Virus genome (UHGV): UHGV-0259093
Direction: 5' to 3' (one strand)
DNA from: a virus
Length of the DNA stretch: 32,840 bases
This document shows, one piece after another, positions 13,370 to 23,533 of the stretch. The notes below the pieces were generated by a model, which worked only from the letters and a program-made list of their open reading frames with translations, did no database searches and had not been told where the DNA came from. A program made the position numbers and the translations under genes. How positions within the stretch are numbered: position 1 is the stretch's first letter; every line of letters begins with the position of its first letter.

Positions 13370-16300
13370 TTATTTATTCATTAGTTGTTGTACTAATGCT
13401 TTTAGTTCATCAATTTGTGATTGTTGATAATCATTATCTTTCTTCAATGATTGAACCGATCCCATTAAATCCATAACAATTGGGTTAACATCGATAGACG
13501 GTCTATCGCGTGTTAGTTGTTCTACTATGTTTCCTTCTTCATCAAGTACTTCATCATAGATTTCTGGATTGTGTTTCACATACTGAGGTGTGTTTATTTC
13601 TGACTCTTCGGCAATAATCCCAAAACGCTGGCGTTTTTGTTCATCATCTTTATAGACAAAATTAACCATTTTTTGAGATAAAATTCTTTCTAACGCTTCG
13701 TCGGTTTTTGCTTCTACAATATCTTCTTTATAGTCTCTACCGGATGTACCTTGTAAAGCCAATGCACCACCACCTAGCGGTAGTGAGATCCAATATTGTG
13801 GGCTTCCTGCTGCTGTGTAGGTCTGGAATCCGTAGTTGCCTACAGTTTCTGAAAAACCAGCACGGATACGTACAACACCATTTGATGCAAGATTACATGT
13901 ATAAGAGGCTGAACCGTTGGAACGTAGCATAATTGCATCAGTACCAGCACTTGAACCACCACACGTAACACGGTTGCTAGTTACATCGAATGTACCAGCA
14001 CATGTAGTATTACCTAATGCAGTAATAACACCGCCGAAATTCATGGTATTAGTAGTACGTGAATAGTTGAATAGAGCTACACCACCTGTATTATCACGGT
14101 TTAAACGGAATGATCCACCATCTGCTACAAATAGATATGTACTATCTGAGGAATCCGATTCTACAAATGATAAACATGGGTTTGTACTGGTAATAGTTAA
14201 TGGGTTTGACGCTGCGTTAGAGAATTTAGCAGTACCATTATTAGTTACGTTGATACCCGGCGTTGTAATTAGACTACTGAAATAAGAGCCACCATTACTA
14301 AAGGTCATTAAGCCCTGTCCAACGGTTGCGGAACCTTCACCAACATAGATACGTGCATCATAATCGTTTCCAGTACCGCTACTGTGAAAATCAATAAATG
14401 ATCCCGCCTTTGTTGTTGTACTGCCTAATTCAAAACCTACTGTACTTGTATTTAATGTACCAACCTGTAAGCCACCAGTTTTAATAGTTTGTGACCCGTT
14501 CCATTGGTTACCACCATCTAGCGTTGGGATAGTTACACCCAATTGATCATTCGTTAGGTATTCTTTCCATGCAGTCCACCCCGCCGTACCAGCTAATACA
14601 CGTCTCCATTTACGATTACTTGCGTAGGATGTATATTCTTGTACACAAGCCTGTGCGGTTCCTGCACCAGTTGGATATACGTATAAACCGCCAGCCTCGG
14701 CAATTGGGTATTTGTTAGCAGGGGTTGCACTTGCGTTTAGTGTTTGGTAATAGAATCCAGATTGAGCCGCACCCAATGTATCTAGGTTAACACTAGCGGC
14801 TAGTGCCGTCTGACTACGGTACATTGCCTGTAAATTATTACGGGCTGCATCTACACTATTTGCACCAGTACCGCCCTCTGTAATTGCAAGTTTATTCGTT
14901 AGTGTTAGTACACCATTGAAATGTAAACTTGCAGCCATAATATTCATTGAACCACTACCAGCCGCCGTAGTAGAACCGCCTGTAGATTGAATACGAGAAT
15001 CATAATCTACGGTACTACCGGAACTGTGAAAATCAATATAAGATGTACTAGCCGCTACTGTAGAGCCAATTTCAATACCGCCACCTGTGGAAGAATTAGC
15101 CGCAAATCTATTTTGATTGCCGTTAAATTGTTGGTTACCAGACCATGTATTTTCTGTACTTAATAGTGGGATTGTTGCACCAGAAGTACCAGTATTAATT
15201 ACTGCTGAAGTACCTAAGCCTAAGTTTGTACGTGCGTTAGCTACGTTAGTTAAATCAGATAGGTTACTTGCCTTAATAAGATACTTACCATCCATTGCAG
15301 TACTTGTAACGATACCTAAGTTTACTTGTGCCTGTGCAACGGTACTAGCACCTGTGCCACCGTTCGCCACTGGTACGATATCGAAAGTACCCGCCGCTTT
15401 AACGCCTAAGTTTGTACGTGCTTCTGCTGCCGTCTTAGCACCAGTACCGCCATTTGCTACCGTTAGAGCTTGACCTAAAGTTAATGATCCTGCACTTGCT
15501 ACGCCTAAAGTAGAAGTAGTGGTTTTAATACTTTCACCAGTGATTGCACCAGTTGCCTCTACATCTGCACCCGTAATTTTATTTGCAGAAATTAAGCTAT
15601 TGACTTTGACATTACCGGAAAATGTTTTATTCCCTGCAATAGTCTGATCACCAGTTAGAGCTACATACTTTGTATCACCTAGATTAGTTGTTAAAATACG
15701 TTGCCATGCGGTAGTCTGGTTTTTTGCATAGATTGCAAGTGAACCTGTTTTAGTCATTGCGATAGAACTAAAAGTAGTACCATCAATTAGACCTACACCC
15801 ATCATATCAGCACTGGCTGGATTACCCACTTGTGACGCTGGGATCTTGATAAAGCTGTTACCTAGTGGGCGTTCTGGTTGATACTGTGGTACATCACCAC
15901 CATTACTACCTACACCATAGGAACCTTCTACTAATGCTGCACTTGCTAACGCCGTACCATCACGTGTAATAACGTCTGTAGGTACAAAAGAATAGGTTTT
16001 CATTACTACGGTATCTTTATCACCAGATACGTTAGCTGATTGGATTTGACCATTAACCATTGAATAATTGATTAAACCATCTTCAATATTGTAGCGTAGT
16101 GTTAATTGAAATTCTTTTTGACTCTCGGTTGCAGCATCTAAGAAAGCATGTGTTTCATCATCTGGAATATAGTTAACAGTAATATCAATATTATCTACGT
16201 TTTGTTCTGCTGCTAGTTTAGATGAGTACTCACTATCGTATGTTTCAAGTGTTTGTATCTCACTTTCGATTCCAAATGACGGCATCGCTGCCAATTCGTT

Positions 16301-16396
16301 TATTTCTTCGTTGCCTGCATTATCGGGAATACGGTTAGCAGTATCATTATTATAGAATAACTTAAAGTTATTACCTGTAAAAATATCATTACTCAT
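13370..16396 (-). CDS. long side tail fiber with phage tail fiber repeats and C-terminal intramolecular chaperone (peptidase S74-type) domain
   Basis: Repeated ANGGTGAKTAAEARTNLG / ANGGTGASTVAQAQVNLG motifs. C-terminus GRDYKEDIVEAKTDEALERILSQKMVNFVYKDDEQKRQRFGIIAEE matches the auto-cleaving chaperone domain of endosialidase / L-shaped fibers. RBS aagga upstream. Confidence 0.8.
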   Translation of the reverse strand: MSNDIFTGNNFKLFYNNDTANRIPDNAGNEEINELAAMPSFGIESEIQTLETYDSEYSSKLAAEQNVDNIDITVNYIPDDETHAFLDAATESQKEFQLTLRYNIEDGLINYSMVNGQIQSANVSGDKDTVVMKTYSFVPTDVITRDGTALASAALVEGSYGVGSNGGDVPQYQPERPLGNSFIKIPASQVGNPASADMMGVGLIDGTTFSSIAMTKTGSLAIYAKNQTTAWQRILTTNLGDTKYVALTGDQTIAGNKTFSGNVKVNSLISANKITGADVEATGAITGESIKTTTSTLGVASAGSLTLGQALTVANGGTGAKTAAEARTNLGVKAAGTFDIVPVANGGTGASTVAQAQVNLGIVTSTAMDGKYLIKASNLSDLTNVANARTNLGLGTSAVINTGTSGATIPLLSTENTWSGNQQFNGNQNRFAANSSTGGGIEIGSTVAASTSYIDFHSSGSTVDYDSRIQSTGGSTTAAGSGSMNIMAASLHFNGVLTLTNKLAITEGGTGANSVDAARNNLQAMYRSQTALAASVNLDTLGAAQSGFYYQTLNASATPANKYPIAEAGGLYVYPTGAGTAQACVQEYTSYASNRKWRRVLAGTAGWTAWKEYLTNDQLGVTIPTLDGGNQWNGSQTIKTGGLQVGTLNTSTVGFELGSTTTKAGSFIDFHSSGTGNDYDARIYVGEGSATVGQGLMTFSNGGSYFSSLITTPGINVTNNGTAKFSNAASNPLTITSTNPCLSFVESDSSDSTYLFVADGGSFRLNRDNTGGVALFNYSRTTNTMNFGGVITALGNTTCAGTFDVTSNRVTCGGSSAGTDAIMLRSNGSASYTCNLASNGVVRIRAGFSETVGNYGFQTYTAAGSPQYWISLPLGGGALALQGTSGRDYKEDIVEAKTDEALERILSQKMVNFVYKDDEQKRQRFGIIAEESEINTPQYVKHNPEIYDEVLDEEGNIVEQLTRDRPSIDVNPIVMDLMGSVQSLKKDNDYQQSQIDELKALVQQLMNK

Positions 16397-16410
16397 TTCT
16401 CTATATTTCC

Positions 16411-16815
16411 TTATTGTTTTTGAGTTGCTACAATATTTATAGAGAATGATAAAGATTGATAACCAGTAGTCGGATCTGTAACTACTTCCCCATTGTCGAA
16501 TGCATATGATAATAGTGTTACTGCATTATCTTTAAATTCTTTAATTGTATTTGTTTTGAAATAATCCATAATTTCCCCGAAAATATCGGCGGGAAGTTTT
16601 ACTGATGGTTCGGGTACTAACAGGAATTGAAAATCAAATGTTCCCGTTTGTCTTTGAGTACCGAAATTTGTTAGGTTATAACTCTGGTTTACACTAACTA
16701 GAATGAATAGATCCTTACCTGCCTGAATATTCATAGCCTTTCGGATTGGTTGAATATTATTCAAACTCGTAATTATCGTGGTTTGTACGTCTTTTAACAG
16801 TGCCATAATTACCAC
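16411..16815 (-). CDS. head-tail connector or tail completion protein (by position)
   Basis: 134-aa ORF between the capsid and tail fiber genes. No motif recognised. Confidence 0.4.
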   Translation of the reverse strand: MVIMALLKDVQTTIITSLNNIQPIRKAMNIQAGKDLFILVSVNQSYNLTNFGTQRQTGTFDFQFLLVPEPSVKLPADIFGEIMDYFKTNTIKEFKDNAVTLLSYAFDNGEVVTDPTTGYQSLSFSINIVATQKQ

Positions 16816-17018
16816 CCATAGTTATTAATGGATGTTAGGCGTATATAGATTTCACTGATACCGCTTAAATCATCGTATACATTACTTACTGTATAACTAA
16901 CACCGCCGATACCTAGAATAGTACCTGCTGTAATATTATGCGTTTTAATATCTGCTGACTTTGCAGAAATAAACGTTTCTACACTTTCTACTAATCCTTC
17001 AGTACCGCTATCTAACAC
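16809..17018 (-). CDS. small hypothetical head-tail protein; track start is a GTG
   Basis: 69-aa ORF. The codon at 17016-17018 is GTG on the minus strand, so the true start is uncertain. Confidence 0.3.
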   Translation of the reverse strand: MLDSGTEGLVESVETFISAKSADIKTHNITAGTILGIGGVSYTVSNVYDDLSGISEIYIRLTSINNYGW

Positions 17019-17137
17019 AACGGGCGTACATCTACTATACCCGTAAATGACGCCCCGTTAATTGTGATAGGTTCACCAAAGGCATTTAAGAAAGTAGAAT
17101 CAATTTGATTACTTGTAAAATGCCTCATGGGTAATCC

Positions 17138-18988
17138 TTATGCTTGTAGTTTAATTTGTACGAATGCTTCCTCGTGACCGATTGCAGTGTCGAGATATTG
17201 GAAACTACGAATAGCGATAGTTTGAGCCGCACGATAAGTAGTATCGTCAAAATCTAGTTCTTGGCCTTCATTCCAGTTAGCGAAAATTAGCTCTGAGAAG
17301 TCACCGATTAGAATGGTATCTTGTGCAACGAAAGTAGATTCAATTACACGTACTTCATCGTTTAGCCACATGTCATAGCGATGACCTGCTACCATTGCTA
17401 CGGCTGCGGTATTGCTGAGAACTGCGGTTTGACGTAGTTTTGCTAGCATTGCTGGATGCACGATAGCTACACAACGATTAACATCAACGTTTGCTACACC
17501 TAGTGCCTCAATTGCTTTTTGTACGTCTGCTTCGGTTACTGTACCCGCTGCTGCTGTTTCTTGTACTGGTACTGCTAGTGCAATTTTATCAAATACTGCT
17601 TTTTCTAGACCGTTAGAGCAATGGCGTAGTAGTTCATCAGTTACATAACGTTCAGTTGCTGCATTGCTTAGTAGCATTGCTTTAGTAACTTTAATACCTG
17701 CTGCAAACATAGTAGGCTTTAGAGTGATCTTGTCGAAAGATTCAAAACCATCTACTACGGATTCATCTTCACCGTAGAATTTCGCTACAGGGTTCATACC
17801 TTTAGCACGTGGGATAGAGAAATTACCACGACCTGCTAGGCCACCAAATACAGTAACAGGTAGTTGACCTAGTACAGTACGTGCTAGTAGTTCACGTAGA
17901 TAAGAGTCGGCTAGTTGTTCTTTAACTAGACCTGCTGCGGTAACAGTAGAGGTAGTATCTGAAGTAGAACGTACCATTGCATTTAGATCAGCACTATAAC
18001 CACGTGAACCTTTATCAAAAGTTGCTAGTTGGTTATCTTCACCTTTAAGACTACGTAGACCTTCAGCGATTAGAGATTTATTTTCCATTTGTTTGATATC
18101 CTTATCAATTGATTTATCTTTATTTAGTAGTGAGCGTTTAAATTCATCTACGCTTACACCGTTTTTAATTGCTTCTTCGGTACTAATCCCTAGTACGTTA
18201 GAAATAGATTGAAGTTCGCGTACACGCTTATCTTCTACATCTTTATTTAGTTTTTCTTGAATATTGATTTCAGTAGTTGCAATAGAACGTTCTTCTACTA
18301 GTTCCACTTCTTGAAGTGGTTCGGATACTTCTTCTTTTACTTCTTCTTCTTTCACATCTTCAGCGACTACTACAACTTCTTCAGTAACTTCTAATTCTGG
18401 TTGTACTTCTACTTCCTGAATTTCTTCTACGGCTTCTACTTGTGGTAATTCTTGTTTTTGTTCTTCCATGATTGGTTGATCCTCTAAAGTGATTTCTTCA
18501 TTTCTATTTAGTGATCTTCCAATTCCTACTGTATTGTCTGCGGGGGTACTTACTGAACTTAATTCATATGGTTCCCATCGAGTTACATATAAATTATCAC
18601 CTTCAAAGTAATAATCTTTAATGTTGTAACCTACTGATACTTTCGGGCGAATGCCTTCTAAGATCATACCGAAAATAGTTGTAGCACTTCCTAAAGCACT
18701 AAAGCGTACTGTTGCACGACATACTTTATCCATATCTACGCGGGCGTTTTCTACTATTCCAACTTGACGCATTGCATCATGTTCTACTAGAACTGGTGCA
18801 CCATCATTAAGACGGTTTAAATCTACGTTCTCTGGATTGCATAGAAGGATCTCATTAAATAGAGATCCGTTGATTTCGCGAGTTACTGGAATTTCTGAGG
18901 CAAAAGATAATTCGACGGTACGATCATTTTCATCAATAGCATTACTGATCTGTGTTAGATTGATCGCCCTCTTCTGGTTCAATTCCAT
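17138..18988 (-). CDS. prohead protease - acidic scaffold-like linker - HK97-fold major capsid protein fusion
   Basis: N-terminal ~170 aa resemble HK97-type prohead protease (ELSFASEIPVTREI...VLVEHD). Highly acidic coiled region (EEQKQELPQVEAVEEIQEVEVQPELEVTEEVVVVAEDVKEEEVKEEV). C-terminal ~300 aa are capsid-like. Sits between portal and connector genes. Confidence 0.75.
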   Translation of the reverse strand: MELNQKRAINLTQISNAIDENDRTVELSFASEIPVTREINGSLFNEILLCNPENVDLNRLNDGAPVLVEHDAMRQVGIVENARVDMDKVCRATVRFSALGSATTIFGMILEGIRPKVSVGYNIKDYYFEGDNLYVTRWEPYELSSVSTPADNTVGIGRSLNRNEEITLEDQPIMEEQKQELPQVEAVEEIQEVEVQPELEVTEEVVVVAEDVKEEEVKEEVSEPLQEVELVEERSIATTEINIQEKLNKDVEDKRVRELQSISNVLGISTEEAIKNGVSVDEFKRSLLNKDKSIDKDIKQMENKSLIAEGLRSLKGEDNQLATFDKGSRGYSADLNAMVRSTSDTTSTVTAAGLVKEQLADSYLRELLARTVLGQLPVTVFGGLAGRGNFSIPRAKGMNPVAKFYGEDESVVDGFESFDKITLKPTMFAAGIKVTKAMLLSNAATERYVTDELLRHCSNGLEKAVFDKIALAVPVQETAAAGTVTEADVQKAIEALGVANVDVNRCVAIVHPAMLAKLRQTAVLSNTAAVAMVAGHRYDMWLNDEVRVIESTFVAQDTILIGDFSELIFANWNEGQELDFDDTTYRAAQTIAIRSFQYLDTAIGHEEAFVQIKLQA

Positions 18989-20435
18989 TTTCCATTTTTT
19001 CCTTTTGTATTTCTTCCATGACTACCGCCGGGTCATAACCCATTTCACTAATAACCATTGCTTTACTCTTAAGTCCTGAATCAATTGCAAGTACCTCAGT
19101 TTGAAGGTCTTTATATGGATCAAGTGAGATTTGGCGAGTTGGTACATATTGGGCATGAGTTAGATTATTGAAGTCACTAAAACTTAAATTGCTTAATGCA
19201 CTATTATTTATCATTGCTGCTTTCAACCACGTAACATAAAGAGGCTTAAGTACAGAAACGATTAACGCATTAGTACGAGTTTTAAATGTTGATTGTTGTA
19301 GTTTGTCCGTTAGTTTTGCTGCACTAAATGAAGCATTACTAGTATCAGAGGTTAGGGATTGTTTTGTAATATCAAGCCCCATTGCAATCATCATTAATTG
19401 GTTATCTACGAATTCACTAATACCATCTGTAGTTTGTGTAGGGTTAACAGTTTTAATATCCTGTCCTGCCTGTAGTTCTACGATAGCTGCCGGATTTAGA
19501 TAATCTTGTTCATAGTAAGAAACATCATCACCTTTTAGTAATTCGATTTCATCACTATCTGGATTAGTAATAAATGCCATTGCTGAAGCTGCTACTTTAC
19601 GAGAAGTAATAGCCGCAACCATGAATTCTTCTAATTCTTTTAATTTATCAGTACCTGCATGTACATCTGGAATACCGCGTTGCTGTGTTGGGTAGTCCTG
19701 CTGGAATAGGTGTAGAATCTCTTCTGCTGGTACTCGTTCACGTTCACCTAAAAGGTAGTTGTACATGATAGGGTTATAGCGAGTAATCCAATATGCAACC
19801 GGGCGATTAGTATCAATATCAAATTCAATACCATTACTGATATAGTTACCTGAAGGTAGAATCTGGTTTTCATATGTACTAATTCGCATTGAGTCGATGA
19901 TCTCTACCTGTGGCATACCATCACGCGTTTGGTGAATGCGGATAAAGCAATCTCCATCGATACTACGAGTACGTTCTACAAGGCGTTGGAATGTACTGAT
20001 ATCAAGCGTACCGCAACGGGAAAAGGCTTTAGGATCTTCGGCCCATGCATAAAAAGCATCTTCTAACTGTTTATTCACCTGTTGGTTTACTTTGTCATCC
20101 TGTGAACTATGCGAACAAGGGCGAATATATAGACCATCTGCACCAGTAACACCCGCTGAGTTAGTCGCAACGTACTTTTTAACGATACCGTTTTTAATAG
20201 ATAGTTCACGGCTTGCCGCTACCATCACTGGTAAAGTACGATTAATAATTGCGTTAATGTTCCCGGCTTGATTTCCTGCGGTGAATCCGAATGAAATAAC
20301 AGGACTACTTGAACCTAGATTTAGGGAAGTCATAGCACGTTTCATTGGGTTGTTTTTCATTAATGCAGTTTTATGTATTTGTACTTTTGGTTTTTCTGGT
20401 TCCTGTACTTTTTTATTTTTATTCCATCCGAACAT
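18942..20435 (-). CDS. portal protein
   Basis: 497-aa ORF immediately downstream of the large terminase and upstream of the protease-capsid gene. Size and synteny typical of lambda-family portals. Confidence 0.75.
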   Translation of the reverse strand: MFGWNKNKKVQEPEKPKVQIHKTALMKNNPMKRAMTSLNLGSSSPVISFGFTAGNQAGNINAIINRTLPVMVAASRELSIKNGIVKKYVATNSAGVTGADGLYIRPCSHSSQDDKVNQQVNKQLEDAFYAWAEDPKAFSRCGTLDISTFQRLVERTRSIDGDCFIRIHQTRDGMPQVEIIDSMRISTYENQILPSGNYISNGIEFDIDTNRPVAYWITRYNPIMYNYLLGERERVPAEEILHLFQQDYPTQQRGIPDVHAGTDKLKELEEFMVAAITSRKVAASAMAFITNPDSDEIELLKGDDVSYYEQDYLNPAAIVELQAGQDIKTVNPTQTTDGISEFVDNQLMMIAMGLDITKQSLTSDTSNASFSAAKLTDKLQQSTFKTRTNALIVSVLKPLYVTWLKAAMINNSALSNLSFSDFNNLTHAQYVPTRQISLDPYKDLQTEVLAIDSGLKSKAMVISEMGYDPAVVMEEIQKEKMENGIEPEEGDQSNTDQ

Positions 20436-20962
20436 TAACGCCCCCTATGAAATGTTGTAATAGATTTAATAGGGCTACCTGCGTTTAGTCCTTTCATATC
20501 TGAAATTAAATCGTTTGCCCTTTTAACATAGGTAGAACGTAGGCGTAGAAGTACTTCGCTTGATTCATAAGTTAGGGCTTTATTTTGTATTGATTGACTT
20601 AGTACACCACCACCTTTAATACGGTCTAGTGTAATTTGGTCAATATCTTTTATGATCTGAATTAGATCATTATATTCTGAGGCTTTACTAGTTGGATCAG
20701 TTACTTCAAATTGTTGTACACCGTATGCTTTAGGACTATCAATAATTGCAGTCCAGATACCCACGCCCCACGTATTAGTATCAATATCAGGGAATGGGTA
20801 AACATAGGAAGTTTTAACACCGTTAGGATCTATCAAATCGATATTAGTTCCTTCTGGATAGTTGAAAGTAATTGTTTCACCTTTGATAATATCGCCTTTT
20901 AAATCAACTTTGCGAACAATTGCCATTTGTTTTATTTCCTTATTTAAAGAATCCTCCACCAC
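20435..20962 (-). CDS. hypothetical head protein (occupies the gpW head-tail joining position between terminase and portal)
   Basis: 175-aa ORF; synteny only. Confidence 0.4.
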   Translation of the reverse strand: MVEDSLNKEIKQMAIVRKVDLKGDIIKGETITFNYPEGTNIDLIDPNGVKTSYVYPFPDIDTNTWGVGIWTAIIDSPKAYGVQQFEVTDPTSKASEYNDLIQIIKDIDQITLDRIKGGGVLSQSIQNKALTYESSEVLLRLRSTYVKRANDLISDMKGLNAGSPIKSITTFHRGR

Positions 20963-22868
20963 GTCTAGACGGACGTACTACACGACCTGTTTTTACTGGT
21001 GCTGGTTCTTCTTTATTTACTTCTTTATTTAGTCCTTTCTCTTTTTGTTTGGCGTTGAATTCGCGTAGTTTGCGGAATGGCTGATTACCTAATTTAGATA
21101 GATACCAGTGGAAACATATTAAAGCGTAGTTAAGACAATCAAGCGTTTCATTCCTTGCTGAACTAATTTTCTTAACCCATACCCACGCCCCAGCTTTAAT
21201 AACTCTCTTCTCACTTGATACCTGAATAAAGTAATCATCTGGTACTGAATGGCTGAAGTGTATTTGTACTTCACTACTATTACCACTATCCGATACTGCA
21301 CGGTTTAATAGTTGTCTAATATTACTTTTCCCTAAGTTTACGTTTAGGTTTATTAGACTATGACCACCAGCCGTAGAGCCTTTAAAGAGTGGGTTAGTAT
21401 TTGAAGTACCGCCCTTGATTGGTTTAAAGATTGTCGATGCACTACAATAGCGATATACCGTACTGGTTGCGTTACCGTTCGAACTATCTACAAAACCTGC
21501 AAGTACTTTAAGTGGTTTACCGGATACGGTTTTAAAGTTAGTTTGTGAAAATGCTGTTAGCTTATTCCATGCGGGAGCCTCTATTTTAGTACAGTCAATG
21601 CTATGAATACTGCGATGATCGAGTACATAAAGATTCTTTTCACTTATTCCTAACGTTGTTACTTCAAGGCGGTCTAACTGTTGGTCTACACCTAGTACGA
21701 TTCCTTGACAGTCATCCGGCACGGTATCTATATCTATTGAACTATCACGTAGGTTTTCAAGTAATACTAAATCATGATCGGTATTCTCTTTATCAATATA
21801 AGGAAGTCCTAAGACGTTATTGTAGAATGAGGCTAGATCAAATGTATAATGTGCTTCGGCAAAATCCTGTACTATTGATTTGATCGAGTTAATCGGGGAG
21901 TATAAACGGCTAATATGATACCCCATGATATCCGTTACTTCTGGTACTGTAGCTATCCATTCACCCTTACGTACCATTCTTACACGTTCGGCTTCTGTGA
22001 TTACATTATTACACTTAGGACATTGTAGTTTTGCTGTCTCTGCATCTGGAATGCGACGACGACCACCATCAATAATTTTCCAGTCGAATTTAACATTTTC
22101 AAATACTAATTCATGTGCATGATCACAATGTGGGCAAGGTACGTAGAACTTCTGTTTATTACTTTGCTCGTACTGCTGAGTGATTAAATCATTCTCATCA
22201 AGTGGTGTAGAACAAACCATAATAAGAGGGTTGCTAAAAGCCTTTGTACGCTGTTCTGCTAGCTTTAGTGGGTTCCCTTCATCACCATCTGCATCTACGT
22301 TAGATATTTCGTCAAGAAAGATACGGGGGGCTGTCAAGCCTCGCAAATTCGCACTACTACCCAATGTTAGGAAGTACGTAAAAGTACCGTCTAAGTTTTG
22401 TTGTGTCTTATCATTATTAGTATAGTTTTTATCATTCTTATTACTGACTAGATTTTTAAGTACTGCACATGCTTCGATTACTGATTGCCATTTACCAGTA
22501 CGAAACTTACTAGTAGTGCTGGCTGTTGCACCTGCGAAAATTAGATTGCTTGGATCATTTGCGAGGAAGTAGTACATACTATTCTGTAAAACTGTTGTTT
22601 TGAGAAGTTGTGCACTGCTCATCAAAACTATTTTTCTAATTCTTGGATTAGTAATGTCATTTATGGGCTTGTGCTGAAAGGAAAATAACTTTACGCGTTG
22701 TCCTTGTAGTTCCCCATCCGGGAATACTAAATTATTCTCTACCCATTCCGCTGGTAGTTGTCGCTTCGGAGGTAGGATCGACTTCGCCGCCCTCGTTAGT
22801 ACCTTCATCATCTTCTGGTAGTTGTTCATCCGTGTATGTTCCTTCATATTCATAGCTACCAATTTCAT
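20940..22868 (-). CDS. terminase large subunit, GpA family
   Basis: 642 aa. PCPHCDHAHELVF, GVDQQLDRLEVTTLG and ARNETLDCLNYALI parallel lambda gpA ACPHCGEEQYLKF, GIDSQLDRYEMRVWG and RRNEALDCFVYALA. Several in-frame Met near the N-terminus, so the true start may be later than 22868. Confidence 0.9.
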   Translation of the reverse strand: MKLVAMNMKEHTRMNNYQKMMKVLTRAAKSILPPKRQLPAEWVENNLVFPDGELQGQRVKLFSFQHKPINDITNPRIRKIVLMSSAQLLKTTVLQNSMYYFLANDPSNLIFAGATASTTSKFRTGKWQSVIEACAVLKNLVSNKNDKNYTNNDKTQQNLDGTFTYFLTLGSSANLRGLTAPRIFLDEISNVDADGDEGNPLKLAEQRTKAFSNPLIMVCSTPLDENDLITQQYEQSNKQKFYVPCPHCDHAHELVFENVKFDWKIIDGGRRRIPDAETAKLQCPKCNNVITEAERVRMVRKGEWIATVPEVTDIMGYHISRLYSPINSIKSIVQDFAEAHYTFDLASFYNNVLGLPYIDKENTDHDLVLLENLRDSSIDIDTVPDDCQGIVLGVDQQLDRLEVTTLGISEKNLYVLDHRSIHSIDCTKIEAPAWNKLTAFSQTNFKTVSGKPLKVLAGFVDSSNGNATSTVYRYCSASTIFKPIKGGTSNTNPLFKGSTAGGHSLINLNVNLGKSNIRQLLNRAVSDSGNSSEVQIHFSHSVPDDYFIQVSSEKRVIKAGAWVWVKKISSARNETLDCLNYALICFHWYLSKLGNQPFRKLREFNAKQKEKGLNKEVNKEEPAPVKTGRVVRPSRRGGGFFK

Positions 22869-23463
22869 TTAATTGATCATCTATTTTTTCCTGTAGTTTG
22901 ATTTTTAATTCTAATGCGTCTGCTGATTCGAATAATTCAACATAACTTGACGCGGGAATACTTCTTAATACTTGGCGTAGTTGGTAGAAGTATTGGGATA
23001 AAGTTTGCTGTACTACTGCTACTGGTATTAGCTCGCCGGATTGCTGACGTAATTCCATTTCTTTAATATCAGCTTCTGCTTCTAACTTACGTAGTGTTGC
23101 TTTTTGTATTTGGCCTTTTGTATCACCGCTTCTTAGTGGTTCGATTACGTTTGCAAGTAACCAATCGTCAACTAATTTCTTAGGCCAGGTGATATCTAAA
23201 CCTTTACCAGACCATATACGGCTAACAGTAGAATGCTCTACGCCGAAACGATCCGCGATTTCTTGCCACGTGTAGCGGGTTCCATCGTCTTTAATTTTTG
23301 CCATTTTGTTTAGTCCTTGTTTAGTACAATAAACCTGTACTTTCCTTTTATTTCGTTTTGTTTGTTTTCGATTAGAAATCCCACGAATTTTAAATACAAT
23401 TCGCGGCGAAAACTCGATTTTTTTGTTCTCAATTAGAGAACCTAAAGTTAAAACTTCACTCAC
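22732..23463 (-). CDS. terminase small subunit with HTH; likely true start at ATG 23304 (MAKIKDD...)
   Basis: YTWQEIADRFGVEHSTVSRIW helix-turn-helix, acidic C-terminus, directly upstream of the large terminase. The track start at 23463 is a GTG. aagga RBS precedes the internal ATG. Confidence 0.65.
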   Translation of the reverse strand: MSEVLTLGSLIENKKIEFSPRIVFKIRGISNRKQTKRNKRKVQVYCTKQGLNKMAKIKDDGTRYTWQEIADRFGVEHSTVSRIWSGKGLDITWPKKLVDDWLLANVIEPLRSGDTKGQIQKATLRKLEAEADIKEMELRQQSGELIPVAVVQQTLSQYFYQLRQVLRSIPASSYVELFESADALELKIKLQEKIDDQLNEIGSYEYEGTYTDEQLPEDDEGTNEGGEVDPTSEATTTSGMGRE

Positions 23464-23533
23464 GATTTTAATTTTTGATTTGTAATAATATTTATATTAT
23501 CATTGTATTATAAAGTAACAACAAGGACATGTA

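Noticed and set aside
15117-15473. Plus-strand ORF inside the tail fiber gene, and similar ones at 13708-13932 and 14067-14285
   Set aside because: Antisense shadow ORFs within the 1008-aa fiber gene; no RBS or motif support.
21119-22425. Short ORFs on either strand within the large terminase gene
   Set aside because: Embedded in a gene with strong GpA-family motif support; no independent evidence.
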